In this document: in pieces, positions 10,256-19,306 of the stretch
Position numbering within the stretch: position 1 is the stretch's first letter
How the letters are laid out: each line of letters starts with the position of its first letter
NCBI GenBank assembly: GCA_028708605.1
Contig: JAQVYS010000001.1
Span: 10,928-74,927, forward strand
Length of the DNA stretch: 64,000 bases
Direction: 5' to 3'
Source: Bacillota bacterium
Lineage (GTDB): Bacteria > Bacillota > DTU065
The notes under the pieces: generated by a model
The model's input: the letters and a program-made list of their open reading frames with translations, nothing else
Databases searched by the model: none
What the model was told of the DNA's origin: nothing
Translations under genes and position numbers: made by a program

Positions 10256-11554
10256 ATGAAAAACAGATTGCGGGTATTGGTACTTTTTGTATTACTTTCT
10301 TTTGTCATTATTTCAAGTGCTATGGCAAAAGAAATTAATATTTGGTTAGTAGCTACAAGTGAACGTGCTAGAATCATAAAGGATCTTACAGACAACCACT
10401 GGACCCCTAAAACAGGTGTAGAAGCAACCTTTTCAACTATGACTTGGGAAGATGCAATGTCTAGAATTTACCTTGCTATGGCTTCTGGCGATACGCCGGA
10501 TATAGCACAGATGGGTTCTACCTGGCAAGGCGAATTTGGTTTAAGGGGTGGTATCCTAGATTTAGCTAAAGCCTATCCTGAAGAAGTAGCAGAAATCATG
10601 AGTCGGATGTATCCTGGAACGGTAACTCCTATTATTTTTAGAGGTACAACTTGGGGTGTTCCAGCTTCATTAGGTAATATGACCACATATGTAAGAGATG
10701 ACATCTTTACCGAAAATGGCTGGGCTGTACCAGATACGTGGGAAGAACTATATACACTACTCCCTAAGATGCAAGCAAAAGAGATGAACTACGGTATCCA
10801 CTATGGAGCAGACAGTATCAGCTGGTTTGTTACTTCAGCTTTTTTAAGACAGGCTGGCGGAGACGTTTATGAGTCAGGTGGCGAGCACTCAACCTTAGAT
10901 ACACCAGAATCAATTGATGGTTTTATACGATTTGTAGAGCTATTTACAAAACATGGAGTTCCTAAAGCAATTCAACAGGTTGAGGATTTTAGACGCGGAG
11001 ATATTCCACTGCTTACAATCTCAACCACTGTTGTTTATGGTACTTATCTATATGCCGCACCAGAGCTTAATGGTAAATGGTCAACCGCTCTTATGCCTGG
11101 CACTATTAGAGAAGATGGTACTATTAACCATTCTGGTTATCTCGGTACCAATAACTATGCTATCTTTGAAAGATCGGAAAATAAGCGTGCAGCCTTTGAA
11201 TGGATTCAGTGGTTTACTAGTGCTGAAATACAGACTATCTTCTCTAAAGAATATCAACAAAGAGTGTCTGGCGCTTTCCACCTCTCACCAAATGTAGAAG
11301 CTATGGCAAACATGGCGATCCCAGATGCACATAGGCAAGTCCTTATGAAGCAGCTCTCTGAAGATATTGGTATTCCATTTGCCCTAGGCGGAGAGACTGT
11401 CTGGAGATATGTCGAAAACGCGACAGCTAGAGTTATCTTTAATAATGAGGATCCAGAAAAATCAATTAGATTTGCTGCAAAGGAAGTAACTGACGAGATG
11501 CAGCGCAAAGCTAAAGAATTTGAAAGATTCCTTAAAATGCTACCAGAAAGTTAA
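10256..11554 (+). CDS. ABC transporter extracellular solute-binding protein, family 1 (carbohydrate-binding type).
   Basis: 432 aa. Signal peptide followed by AKEINIW, and family-1 SBP features throughout. RBS AGGAGGA is upstream. No cognate permease or ATPase is adjacent. Confidence 0.8.
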   Translation: MKNRLRVLVLFVLLSFVIISSAMAKEINIWLVATSERARIIKDLTDNHWTPKTGVEATFSTMTWEDAMSRIYLAMASGDTPDIAQMGSTWQGEFGLRGGILDLAKAYPEEVAEIMSRMYPGTVTPIIFRGTTWGVPASLGNMTTYVRDDIFTENGWAVPDTWEELYTLLPKMQAKEMNYGIHYGADSISWFVTSAFLRQAGGDVYESGGEHSTLDTPESIDGFIRFVELFTKHGVPKAIQQVEDFRRGDIPLLTISTTVVYGTYLYAAPELNGKWSTALMPGTIREDGTINHSGYLGTNNYAIFERSENKRAAFEWIQWFTSAEIQTIFSKEYQQRVSGAFHLSPNVEAMANMAIPDAHRQVLMKQLSEDIGIPFALGGETVWRYVENATARVIFNNEDPEKSIRFAAKEVTDEMQRKAKEFERFLKMLPES

Positions 11555-11753
11555 ATAACAGAGGGAGTGTTGCAAAACTACTAAATTGTAGAGCACTCCC
11601 TCTTTTAGTTTTAGAGACATCCATTGTAGTATGTAATATTTGCAAAAACTACCTTTTATAAATAGATGCTTTATGTGCAAAAAAGCTAACTTATCCTACT
11701 GGATCTAGGTTATAATCTAATTAAATACGAATAACGAAAGGAAGAGGGTATTT

Positions 11754-12170
11754 ATGGGTATGCTTGCTGAGTTCAAAAAATTTGCCCTGCGTGGCAATGT
11801 TATCGACATGGCTGTCGGTGTTGTTATTGGCGGTGCGTTCGGTAAGATCGTTTCATCCCTTGTAAACGATATAATTATGCCACTTTTGAGTTTAGTTATA
11901 GGAAAAGTTGATTTAACAAGTTTACAGATAACAATAATTGAGGCAACTGCTACAACAGAAGGTCTATCCCTTCACTATGGACTATTTTTACAAAACGTTC
12001 TAGATTTCTTAATTATTGCCTTTTCAATCTTTATGTTTATCAAACTCTTAAATAAAACCAAAAGAAAGAAAGAAGAAGCTGCACCTGCACCACAACCTGA
12101 ACCAACACCATCAAAGGAAGAATTATTGCTTTCAGAAATCCGCGATCTCTTAAAAGGGCGAGCATCCTAA
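11754..12170 (+). CDS. mscL: Large-conductance mechanosensitive channel MscL.
   Basis: 138 aa. [34 protein letters not shown] is the canonical MscL TM1 and signature. RBS AGGAAGAGGG is upstream. Confidence 0.9.
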   Translation: MGMLAEFKKFALRGNVIDMAVGVVIGGAFGKIVSSLVNDIIMPLLSLVIGKVDLTSLQITIIEATATTEGLSLHYGLFLQNVLDFLIIAFSIFMFIKLLNKTKRKKEEAAPAPQPEPTPSKEELLLSEIRDLLKGRAS

Positions 12171-12174
12171 TAAT

Positions 12175-12227
12175 GAGGGGGCTATAAGTATGCTAAACAT
12201 TTAGCATTCTAATAGCCCCTCTTTTTA
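12175..12227. terminator. Nested hairpin followed by a T-tract between convergent genes. Terminator for mscL on the plus strand, possibly bidirectional.
   Basis: Outer stem GAGGGGGCTAT/ATAGCCCCTC with an inner ATGCTAA/TTAGCAT hairpin, then TTTTTAT. Confidence 0.5.
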
Positions 12228-14216
12228 TCCTTTATACCATCTAAAAAATCCTAGGTTCTGACTCTTAGTCGGTAGCTTTCCGTCTTTTGTTGCAATTAGC
12301 TGAGGTTTTTCATCCCCTAAGAACATTGCCTCAACTGTTTCTGGAACAGCGATACTAAGCTCAATTTCTTCTTTGTCTTCTGGATTATAAAAGAGAATCA
12401 TCTCTTCTTCTAATGAGCTGTAGCGTTTTGCAAAGTCACTATTAATACCGTTATCATCTACAAAGCGTGTTCTCCTTAGTTGTGGCTGTATCTCAGTTCT
12501 AATTCTAAATAGTTTGGTGAGAAAATCCCAAAGCTCTGGATCGTCAAGCACGTGATCGTATAGCCAAAAATGTGTGCCTAAAAGAAACATTTTCGAAGAG
12601 ACTTCTACTGGGTTTAAGCCTATTGCATCGACATCAATTGGTACCGGTTTTGGGTGTACCATATCGATATGGATTATCTCTGGCAAAGTATACTTATAGA
12701 TCTCTGGGTGACCGTATGGTGTATATAAACCCCAGCTTGCATGTACTAGCTGCGCTCCTACGTACTGGCTATAGATATCCCCACAGCCTTCCATAATAAA
12801 AAACGGATCTCCCTCTGCTTCTTTATTGAGAGAACTCAAAAGATCTCGGTAGCCTAAACTCCACATATCATGTCTATCATGGGTATGCTCGTTAGCATAG
12901 CACATTCTTGGGAAGGACCCCACCTGATCGATATACATTCCTGTTGCACCCATATCGTTAATAAGCCAAAGAATAGTGTCCTTAAGGATCTTAGTCCAGC
13001 TTTTCTCAGCAAGACACATGCAACTAAAAGTCTCTCCACCGTATTTTTCAGTGTACTCGCTGCCATCTTTATTTCTTGCTGCCATCTTTTTGCCAAGTGT
13101 CTTATAGAATTCTGAGCGATGATTGAAGATTCTGGTGTTTATATAGAAACTAATCTTTCCATCATCAGCTTTGACATAATCAATAGCTTTTTTAAGATCC
13201 CTAATTGTCCCTAGCTCGAGATCGGGGAAAAATTGTGGATAAAGAGTATCGAACCCACCTTCGTTCCAAGCAGATACGTATAGGTGTTTAAATCCAGCAT
13301 CTTTAGCCATTTCGTACAATTCTGGAATGTCGCTAAAGCGATGACAAATTTCTCCAGATTGAAATTTAAAATCATAATGCACAACCAAGCCATTTTCTTC
13401 CCATACCCACTCTGGAACAGGACCAGGTTTATACCAAGTAAGAAGCCAAGCCCGATATCTTCTTGCAGCCTCATGCCAATCGCTATTTAGATAAGAAAAC
13501 TCTGCAAGACCCGAATCAAAGGACTCCTTGCCTCCAAATTTTTCTAAAGCTAGAAGTAATGAGTCAGTGCCTTCAATGTGCATATAGGTGTTGTAAAACC
13601 TCTCATCATAAGAGGCGATATAAAACCCTTCCTCTTTACTACCATAAAAGAGCCAAGGCATAGAAGCAAGTCCTGCATAACCGATGCGATAAGTGTTTTT
13701 ACCGCCTTCATGGATACATCCAGGGATACCTTCTACTGGCCTAGCCACAAAATACTCATGCCAAGAGCAAGACGCAGTCTTTACGTTGAGCTTCATGGTG
13801 TTTACAGGATCTGGTATGATTTCCCCAAAGTTATTAGTTGTGATTAACTCATCATCATCAACTTTTAATCCTGCAAAACATGGGAATCTGTATAAAGAAC
13901 CCACTCCTTTAAGTCTACCTGTAATTTTGTGTTCTCCAAAGACCAATCTAAGGGATGTTTTGTCTTTATAGGATAGAGTTAAAGAAGCATCCTTGTTATC
14001 CCATGCAAAGTCTGAGAGTTCTAAATCTCTAGGACCAAACCAGCTTTCGCCTTTTTTTATTTTAAAAGGCCCTTCAACCTTATGAGGTCCAAGACCAGTA
14101 ATAGCGCCACTGGTTTTTTCAATCGACACGATAAAACCCAAGTCAATTTCGACTGTGCTTTCAGTCTCTTTTATAGGCCAAACAAAACTTTGTGGTTTAG
14201 TAATTGCCTTTGACAT
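12225..14216 (-). CDS. Hypothetical cytoplasmic protein, possibly a glycoside-hydrolase-like (TIM-barrel) enzyme.
   Basis: 663 aa with no signal peptide. Acidic and aromatic clusters (HLYVSAWNEGGFDT, MGATGMYIDQ) are reminiscent of GH-like domains. The family was not identified by eye. Confidence 0.35.
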   Translation of the reverse strand: MSKAITKPQSFVWPIKETESTVEIDLGFIVSIEKTSGAITGLGPHKVEGPFKIKKGESWFGPRDLELSDFAWDNKDASLTLSYKDKTSLRLVFGEHKITGRLKGVGSLYRFPCFAGLKVDDDELITTNNFGEIIPDPVNTMKLNVKTASCSWHEYFVARPVEGIPGCIHEGGKNTYRIGYAGLASMPWLFYGSKEEGFYIASYDERFYNTYMHIEGTDSLLLALEKFGGKESFDSGLAEFSYLNSDWHEAARRYRAWLLTWYKPGPVPEWVWEENGLVVHYDFKFQSGEICHRFSDIPELYEMAKDAGFKHLYVSAWNEGGFDTLYPQFFPDLELGTIRDLKKAIDYVKADDGKISFYINTRIFNHRSEFYKTLGKKMAARNKDGSEYTEKYGGETFSCMCLAEKSWTKILKDTILWLINDMGATGMYIDQVGSFPRMCYANEHTHDRHDMWSLGYRDLLSSLNKEAEGDPFFIMEGCGDIYSQYVGAQLVHASWGLYTPYGHPEIYKYTLPEIIHIDMVHPKPVPIDVDAIGLNPVEVSSKMFLLGTHFWLYDHVLDDPELWDFLTKLFRIRTEIQPQLRRTRFVDDNGINSDFAKRYSSLEEEMILFYNPEDKEEIELSIAVPETVEAMFLGDEKPQLIATKDGKLPTKSQNLGFFRWYKG

Positions 14217-14272
14217 AATTTACTACCTCCCTAGCAACGTTATATTTCGAATCTAAAAACAGCTATCCTGCT

Positions 14273-14304
14273 AAAAAAGTTTAGAAACAAGAATGTTTCT
14301 AAAC
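14273..14304 (-). terminator. Rho-independent terminator downstream of the NusG_II-domain gene.
   Basis: Perfect 11-bp stem GTTTAGAAACA/TGTTTCTAAAC with loop AGAA, followed on the minus strand by TTTTTT. Confidence 0.55.
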
Positions 14305-14330
14305 TATAACTCTCTCTGAGAACCATTAGA

Positions 14331-14735
14331 TTAATATCCAATATTATGATTGTCTTCTATAACTACCATCATCGAATTTGGAAGACATGCGCTAAAATCA
14401 CTATTTAAAGAAAGCCAACCAAACTGGACACAAACCTGATCAGGGCAAGGTGATGATTTCACCCTTGCTCTCAGACCGTCTATCTCTACTATTGTAATAC
14501 CAAGTTTGCCATGAAATTCAAAGGTATCCTCTGCTCCTTCTGTAAGAGTGAAGGTTTTTACAAGCTTTCTTCCTTCCGGGGTTAATTCGTAGACATTAGC
14601 TTTTAGATTACTATCAGTAGATATACCTCTTTGATTTAGTAAAAATTTGCCACCTAATATTAGCCCTCCACCAAAAACAAGCAAGGCTATAGCAAGGATC
14701 AAGTTTTGTTTACTTTTTTGCCGCATACGTGTCAA
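14331..14735 (-). CDS. Small membrane-anchored protein, probably a NusG domain II-like (NusG_II) protein of the kind usually paired with Gx transporters.
   Basis: 134 aa. N-terminal TM LILAIALLVFGGGLILGG, then a beta-rich domain. It lies immediately downstream of the Gx transporter-family gene. Confidence 0.45.
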   Translation of the reverse strand: MTRMRQKSKQNLILAIALLVFGGGLILGGKFLLNQRGISTDSNLKANVYELTPEGRKLVKTFTLTEGAEDTFEFHGKLGITIVEIDGLRARVKSSPCPDQVCVQFGWLSLNSDFSACLPNSMMVVIEDNHNIGY

Positions 14736-14752
14736 CTCCTGCTACAAGACTA

Positions 14753-15289
14753 TTAGTTTTTGCTGTGTTGCTTTAAATCTATTGCTGCAGGAAGATAGCC
14801 CAATAGCTTCTCGCAAACAAAGCCGATAAAAACTCCTGTGATTGTTGATAGTCCTAAAAGAAATGGAAGATAGAACCAGATACCACTGTGCTGCAACAAA
14901 AATGAAGCAACAGTAATCTGAGCTGTGCTATGGGTAATCGCTCCAACTACACTTACGAATACGTTATTATTACCTATACCTTTAATTTTAGATGCAAGAC
15001 CCATCATAAGCGCGCTACTTAAAGATCCAGCTAAACTCAGATAAAAAGTAGGTCCAAAAAGGCCACTTCCAAATAGACTTCCAATGAAACACCTAGCAAG
15101 GCTGATTACAACGGCAGAACCAAAATCTAAAGTGCGTAGACCTATAAGGGATGCAATATTAGCTAGTCCAAGTTTTGCACCTGGGATAGGTAGCGGTGGT
15201 ACCATACCCTCAACTACATGCAGAATACTAGCAATACTTATTAAAACAGCTGTTGCTAGTTTTGCTCGCAAATTGTATTTTTTAGCCAT
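14753..15289 (-). CDS. Gx transporter family protein, also annotated as heptaprenyl diphosphate synthase component I-like membrane protein.
   Basis: 178 aa. Multi-TM protein with glycine-rich helices (GLANIASLIGL, FIGSLFGSGLFGP) characteristic of the Hpre_diP_synt_I/Gx family. Confidence 0.6.
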   Translation of the reverse strand: MAKKYNLRAKLATAVLISIASILHVVEGMVPPLPIPGAKLGLANIASLIGLRTLDFGSAVVISLARCFIGSLFGSGLFGPTFYLSLAGSLSSALMMGLASKIKGIGNNNVFVSVVGAITHSTAQITVASFLLQHSGIWFYLPFLLGLSTITGVFIGFVCEKLLGYLPAAIDLKQHSKN

Positions 15290-15452
15290 GATTCACACCT
15301 ATCCAGCGCTTAGTCTGTAATAAACTAAAGCGACCTTTATCGTCAATCGTGATTTAGACAAAGATAAAAAAACCCCTCAAGGGCTAGTATATCTAAAAGT
15401 AATCATAACATTGGATCTCAGTGATAGCAAGCCAAACCACTCTGTTTATAAG

Positions 15453-15488
15453 AGCAAAAAAAAGAGACCTTGCTTTTAACAAGGCCTC
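15453..15488 (-). terminator. Rho-independent terminator downstream of the 207-aa secreted-protein gene.
   Basis: Stem GAGGCCTTG/CAAGGTCTC with one G-U pair, followed by TTTTTTTT on the minus strand. Confidence 0.55.
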
Positions 15489-15497
15489 CTGTAATTA

Positions 15498-16121
15498 CTA
15501 TTTTTCGAACCAAACTTTAACATAATCATAAGAAGCGGCTGTCTGGTTGGTTCTTAGGGAGATGAAATCGCCATCATAGATTGGTAATTCATCGAACCAT
15601 TCAATCACTAACGCATCATCGAGATAAACGGTTATACGACCGATTTCTGTCTCATACTCAACACGGACAACATGAGTCATGCCAACTACTGCTGGGTTCA
15701 TTTTAGTTAAAACAACACCACTGATTCCGCCACCTTCGCAGCGATATAGTTGCATCTCGTTAAGATCTTGGAATACCAAGTAGCTGTTACCACGTTGTGG
15801 AAGGTCGCCGTCAGAAGCCATGAAGTGGAGACCTGCTGCAGGTGCATACTGTCCACCAGATGCATCGTAAGTGATCTTATACTCGTAGATAAATTTGCCA
15901 TCACCATACTGTGCTAGCTCTTGCCAAATATTTGTATTTCCATCTGCTAAATCATAACCTACCATAAACTCTCCATCGATATCCCATTCCCCATTTACTG
16001 GTACCCAGTCAACTTCCTTACCATCTGTCTTATTGAAGTTAGCTTCATAAATCAATTGAGGAGCAGCAAATGATACAGCAGCAAATGCTAAGACTAGAAA
16101 AATTGCAAAAACCTTTTTCAC
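15498..16121 (-). CDS. Secreted DUF1080-like (concanavalin/LamG-like jelly-roll) protein, possibly carbohydrate-binding or a 3-keto-disaccharide-hydrolase-like protein.
   Basis: 207 aa. Signal peptide MKKVFAIFLVLAFAAVSFA. The beta-rich body shows the DUF1080 pattern (EWDIDGEF..., GLHFMASDGD..., LVFQD). Confidence 0.5.
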   Translation of the reverse strand: MKKVFAIFLVLAFAAVSFAAPQLIYEANFNKTDGKEVDWVPVNGEWDIDGEFMVGYDLADGNTNIWQELAQYGDGKFIYEYKITYDASGGQYAPAAGLHFMASDGDLPQRGNSYLVFQDLNEMQLYRCEGGGISGVVLTKMNPAVVGMTHVVRVEYETEIGRITVYLDDALVIEWFDELPIYDGDFISLRTNQTAASYDYVKVWFEK

Positions 16122-16606
16122 AAGAAAAACCTCCCTTTAATATTTATATTTCCCAACAAAGATGTCTCTTTATTCACTAAAAGACACCCTCATTTCTAAA
16201 TTCTATGAAGTGAATCTAATTCCTTCATTGACTAGAGGAATTTTCCCATTGTTAAAACTTACATGCTTTTTCTCTAACAACACTATATGGAAACCAGTTA
16301 TTATGCCTGTTACTTTTTAGAGAGTAACCACTTCTGTCGCCATTTTTACTTTTGTCATGTTTTAGTTTTTGTAAGAGACATCCAGCATCTCTACACGCCT
16401 TTGTAACTAAATAACTAATAAGGGGAACCTAAGTCTAGATTTTAAAGGCCTTTTGCTTCGGTTACCTGACAAGGCAAGCAACAATACTAGAAATGCTGCT
16501 TTAACCAGGTAAAAATGTTATAATTAGTCAATCCACACTGTCTTTTTTTGTGAATTAACTCTTAAACTATAAGCATTATGTATATAACTTTTCTAGAGGT
16601 GAAAAC

Positions 16607-17137
16607 ATGCTTTGGAGCTTATTTATCAACTGTTTTAAAGTAGGCGCCTTCACAATTGGCGGTGGTTATGCCATGCTTCCTGTAATGAAGGATGTATTTG
16701 TAAACCAAAAGAATTGGGTTTCAGAAGAAGAGTTTGTTGATATGGTATCTGTTATCCAAACAGTGCCTGGAGCTATAGCGGTAAACTCCAGTATCTACTT
16801 AGGTAGAAAAGTTGCAGGAATCCCTGGTGCAATAGCTGCCACTCTAGGCTCGGTATTGCCATCATTTTTAATAATCTTACTGATTGCGACTACTTTAACT
16901 AGTTGGTACCAAAATCCCCATGTAGCAAACTTCTTTGCAGGAGTAAGGCCTGCTGTTGTCGGTCTTATTCTAGTTTCAGGTATTAAATTAGGCAAAGATA
17001 TCCTAAGTTCGAAACTGAATATTTTACTAACGTTAATCTTCGCCTTTTTAGCCTTAGTCTTAAAGATTCATCCTGTACTCTTACTAGCTTTTGGAGCTTT
17101 AAGTGGTATGTTTCTCTATCAAAGGAGTGAAGAGTAA
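16607..17137 (+). CDS. chrA: Chromate transporter (CHR family), short-chain N-terminal half-protein.
   Basis: 176 aa. FKVGAFTIGGGYAMLP is the CHR signature. The stop overlaps the start of the second half (ATGA at 17137). Confidence 0.8.
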   Translation: MLWSLFINCFKVGAFTIGGGYAMLPVMKDVFVNQKNWVSEEEFVDMVSVIQTVPGAIAVNSSIYLGRKVAGIPGAIAATLGSVLPSFLIILLIATTLTSWYQNPHVANFFAGVRPAVVGLILVSGIKLGKDILSSKLNILLTLIFAFLALVLKIHPVLLLAFGALSGMFLYQRSEE

Positions 17138-17658
17138 TGTTACTTAAGCTTTTTCTCTCATTTCTTAAAATCGGAGCCTTTACCTTTGGTGGAGGCTATG
17201 CCATGCTTCCTCTTATTCAAAGAGACATCATCGAAATAAACCACTGGCTCACAGAAAGCGAGTTTTTAGATATCATAGCTACAGCAGAGATGACTCCAGG
17301 GCCTATTGCAATCAACTCTGCTACATTTGTTGGCTATAAACTCTCTGGTTTTTGGGGGTCTGTCGTTGCAACTTTGGCAATTGTCCTGCCTTCGTTTGTA
17401 GCTATTACCTTGCTTACTGTAATCTTAAATAAACTTAAAGACAACAAGAACGCACAAAACAGCATAAGAGGAATGCGTCCAGCTGTCACTGCTATGATTA
17501 TTACAGCCGCCTTATCACTTGCCCCTCAATCGATTGTACGTCCTGTAGACTTTATTCTTTTTGCAGGTGCCTGTATCTTATCGTGGAAAAATTGGCTAAA
17601 TCCCATCTATATTTTACTTGCCAGTGGCGTAGTTGGCTTACTTTTTGGCTTTATCTAA
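17137..17658 (+). CDS. chrA: Chromate transporter (CHR family), short-chain C-terminal half-protein.
   Basis: 173 aa. LKIGAFTFGGGYAMLP is the CHR signature. It is translationally coupled to the first half. Confidence 0.8.
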   Translation: MLLKLFLSFLKIGAFTFGGGYAMLPLIQRDIIEINHWLTESEFLDIIATAEMTPGPIAINSATFVGYKLSGFWGSVVATLAIVLPSFVAITLLTVILNKLKDNKNAQNSIRGMRPAVTAMIITAALSLAPQSIVRPVDFILFAGACILSWKNWLNPIYILLASGVVGLLFGFI

Positions 17659-18438
17659 ATTTGAGCCAACCGCAATAACCTCTTCTTTAAGGCCCCAATA
17701 GTTAGTAAAATAGCCTTTATACGCAAATAGCCCGATAGCTGTGGAAGTAACAGAAACTGTTAGTGTAAGCATAAACATTACAATAATTTGGTATTTGACT
17801 GCTTCAGTAGGTGCTTGGCCTGCTAAGATCAGGCCACTCATCATGCCAGGTAGAGACACTATTCCCATCGTTTTTAACCTATCCACAGTCGGTATGATTG
17901 CTGCCCGAAGCGTTTCTCTTAAAGCATTGCTAGACGCTTGTCTTGGAGTTGCACCTAAGGCCAAAAGAGCTTCTACTTCGTTTTTTCTTTGAGCCATGCT
18001 ACTTTTAAGTCTTTCTAAGGCAAGGGATGCAGCTATCATACTGTTTCCTAAAATCATACCTGAAAGTGGAATAGCCTCTGAAGGCGAAAACGAAATAACT
18101 TTAATTAATAACAAAATACCTAAGGTAACAATTTCACCTAAGCCAATTGAAAGAGTCACGATCTGAAAGGCATGGGGTAGCCCTTTACCTCTTTTGCTGG
18201 CATCTCTCCCTGCAACAATAGTCATAAAGAGAAGAACTGCAGCAGTTAGATAATAACTTTCAGCATTAAAGACAAATTGTAAAAGATAACCAGTAACAAA
18301 CAGTTGTAAAAAGGCTCTTATCGCACTGATTAAAATATCCTTATCCATCTTTAAGCCTTGCCAAAGGGTGATCATCATGGCAATGCCAATAAAGCTCCAA
18401 GACAATATAAAGGTTAAGTTACTGATTTGGTTATTCAC
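17638..18438 (-). CDS. fetB: Iron export ABC transporter permease FetB (UPF0014/YbbM family).
   Basis: 266 aa. End-to-end similarity by eye to E. coli FetB (LGATPRQASSNALRETLRAAIIPTVD, VSLPGMMSGLILAG). Its start overlaps the fetA stop. Confidence 0.8.
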   Translation of the reverse strand: MNNQISNLTFILSWSFIGIAMMITLWQGLKMDKDILISAIRAFLQLFVTGYLLQFVFNAESYYLTAAVLLFMTIVAGRDASKRGKGLPHAFQIVTLSIGLGEIVTLGILLLIKVISFSPSEAIPLSGMILGNSMIAASLALERLKSSMAQRKNEVEALLALGATPRQASSNALRETLRAAIIPTVDRLKTMGIVSLPGMMSGLILAGQAPTEAVKYQIIVMFMLTLTVSVTSTAIGLFAYKGYFTNYWGLKEEVIAVGSNLDKAKK

Positions 18439-19150
18439 TTTCTTTCAACTCCCCTTTAAAGAAAGTCTGAGCAATTTGATTGTTGCCGTGAAACAACTCT
18501 TCTTGATTACCGCTTACTACTACTTTTCCTGATACAAGCAATGCTCCATTTGTGGCAACTTCAGAGGCAATATCCATGTCATGGGTAACCCATATTAAGG
18601 TTAAACCATTTTTTGCCTGCTCGATTAAAGTCTCTTTAACTTGCAATACAGCTCCTGGATCAAGAGCAGATGTAGGCTCATCAAGTAACAACACTTTAGG
18701 ATCATTTGCCAGTACCCTAGCAAGAGCGACTCTCTGTTTTTGTCCACCAGATAAAACTGATGCATCCTTGTCGATGATCTCCTTCTCTAGACCGACTCGC
18801 TTTAATAGTCCTACGACCTTCTCATAAGAAAGGTCTTTTTTTTGTAGCTTAAGTCCTAAAGCAATGTTGTCTTTTACAGTACCTCCTACCATAACAGGGT
18901 TCTGAAAAAGCATGCCAACTTCTTTACGTAGTTCTTGCACAGGATAAAACTCAATTGGTTGATCTTTATACAAGATTCTTCCAGCTGTTGGCTCATCGAG
19001 TCTGTTTAAAAGCCTAAGAAGACTACTTTTACCAGATCCAGACGGGCCAATGAGAACAAAAACGGAGCCTATAGGAATATCTAGATTTATGTCCTTCAAA
19101 ATTGCTTTATCTTGCTTTTTAAGACTCACTGAATCAAGTTTAAATCCCAT
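18431..19150 (-). CDS. fetA: Iron export ABC transporter ATP-binding protein FetA (YbbL family).
   Basis: 239 aa. Walker A GPSGSGKSS, ABC signature LSGGQKQR and Walker B LLLDEPTSALD. Confidence 0.8.
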   Translation of the reverse strand: MGFKLDSVSLKKQDKAILKDINLDIPIGSVFVLIGPSGSGKSSLLRLLNRLDEPTAGRILYKDQPIEFYPVQELRKEVGMLFQNPVMVGGTVKDNIALGLKLQKKDLSYEKVVGLLKRVGLEKEIIDKDASVLSGGQKQRVALARVLANDPKVLLLDEPTSALDPGAVLQVKETLIEQAKNGLTLIWVTHDMDIASEVATNGALLVSGKVVVSGNQEELFHGNNQIAQTFFKGELKESE

Positions 19151-19167
19151 TTTACTGCCCCCCCTTA

Positions 19168-19202
19168 TAAAAATGAGGCTAACTCAGAGCCTCATTTTTT
19201 TC
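19168..19202. terminator. Hairpin flanked by A and T tracts between the end of guaA and the start of fetA. Terminator for the guaA transcript (minus strand). It sits about 20 nt upstream of the fetA start.
   Basis: Stem AAATGAGGC/GCCTCATTT with a 9-nt loop. TTTTTTT follows on the plus strand and TTTTTA on the minus strand. Confidence 0.45.
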
Positions 19203-19306
19203 CTACGTATTCTATAATTAAGTCTTTTTTAAAACGTAGTAAAGAAAAACCTATGGCTCTAGAAATACCTGCCAATTTGATTTAGTTTTTCTTAAACAGT
19301 TTTAGT

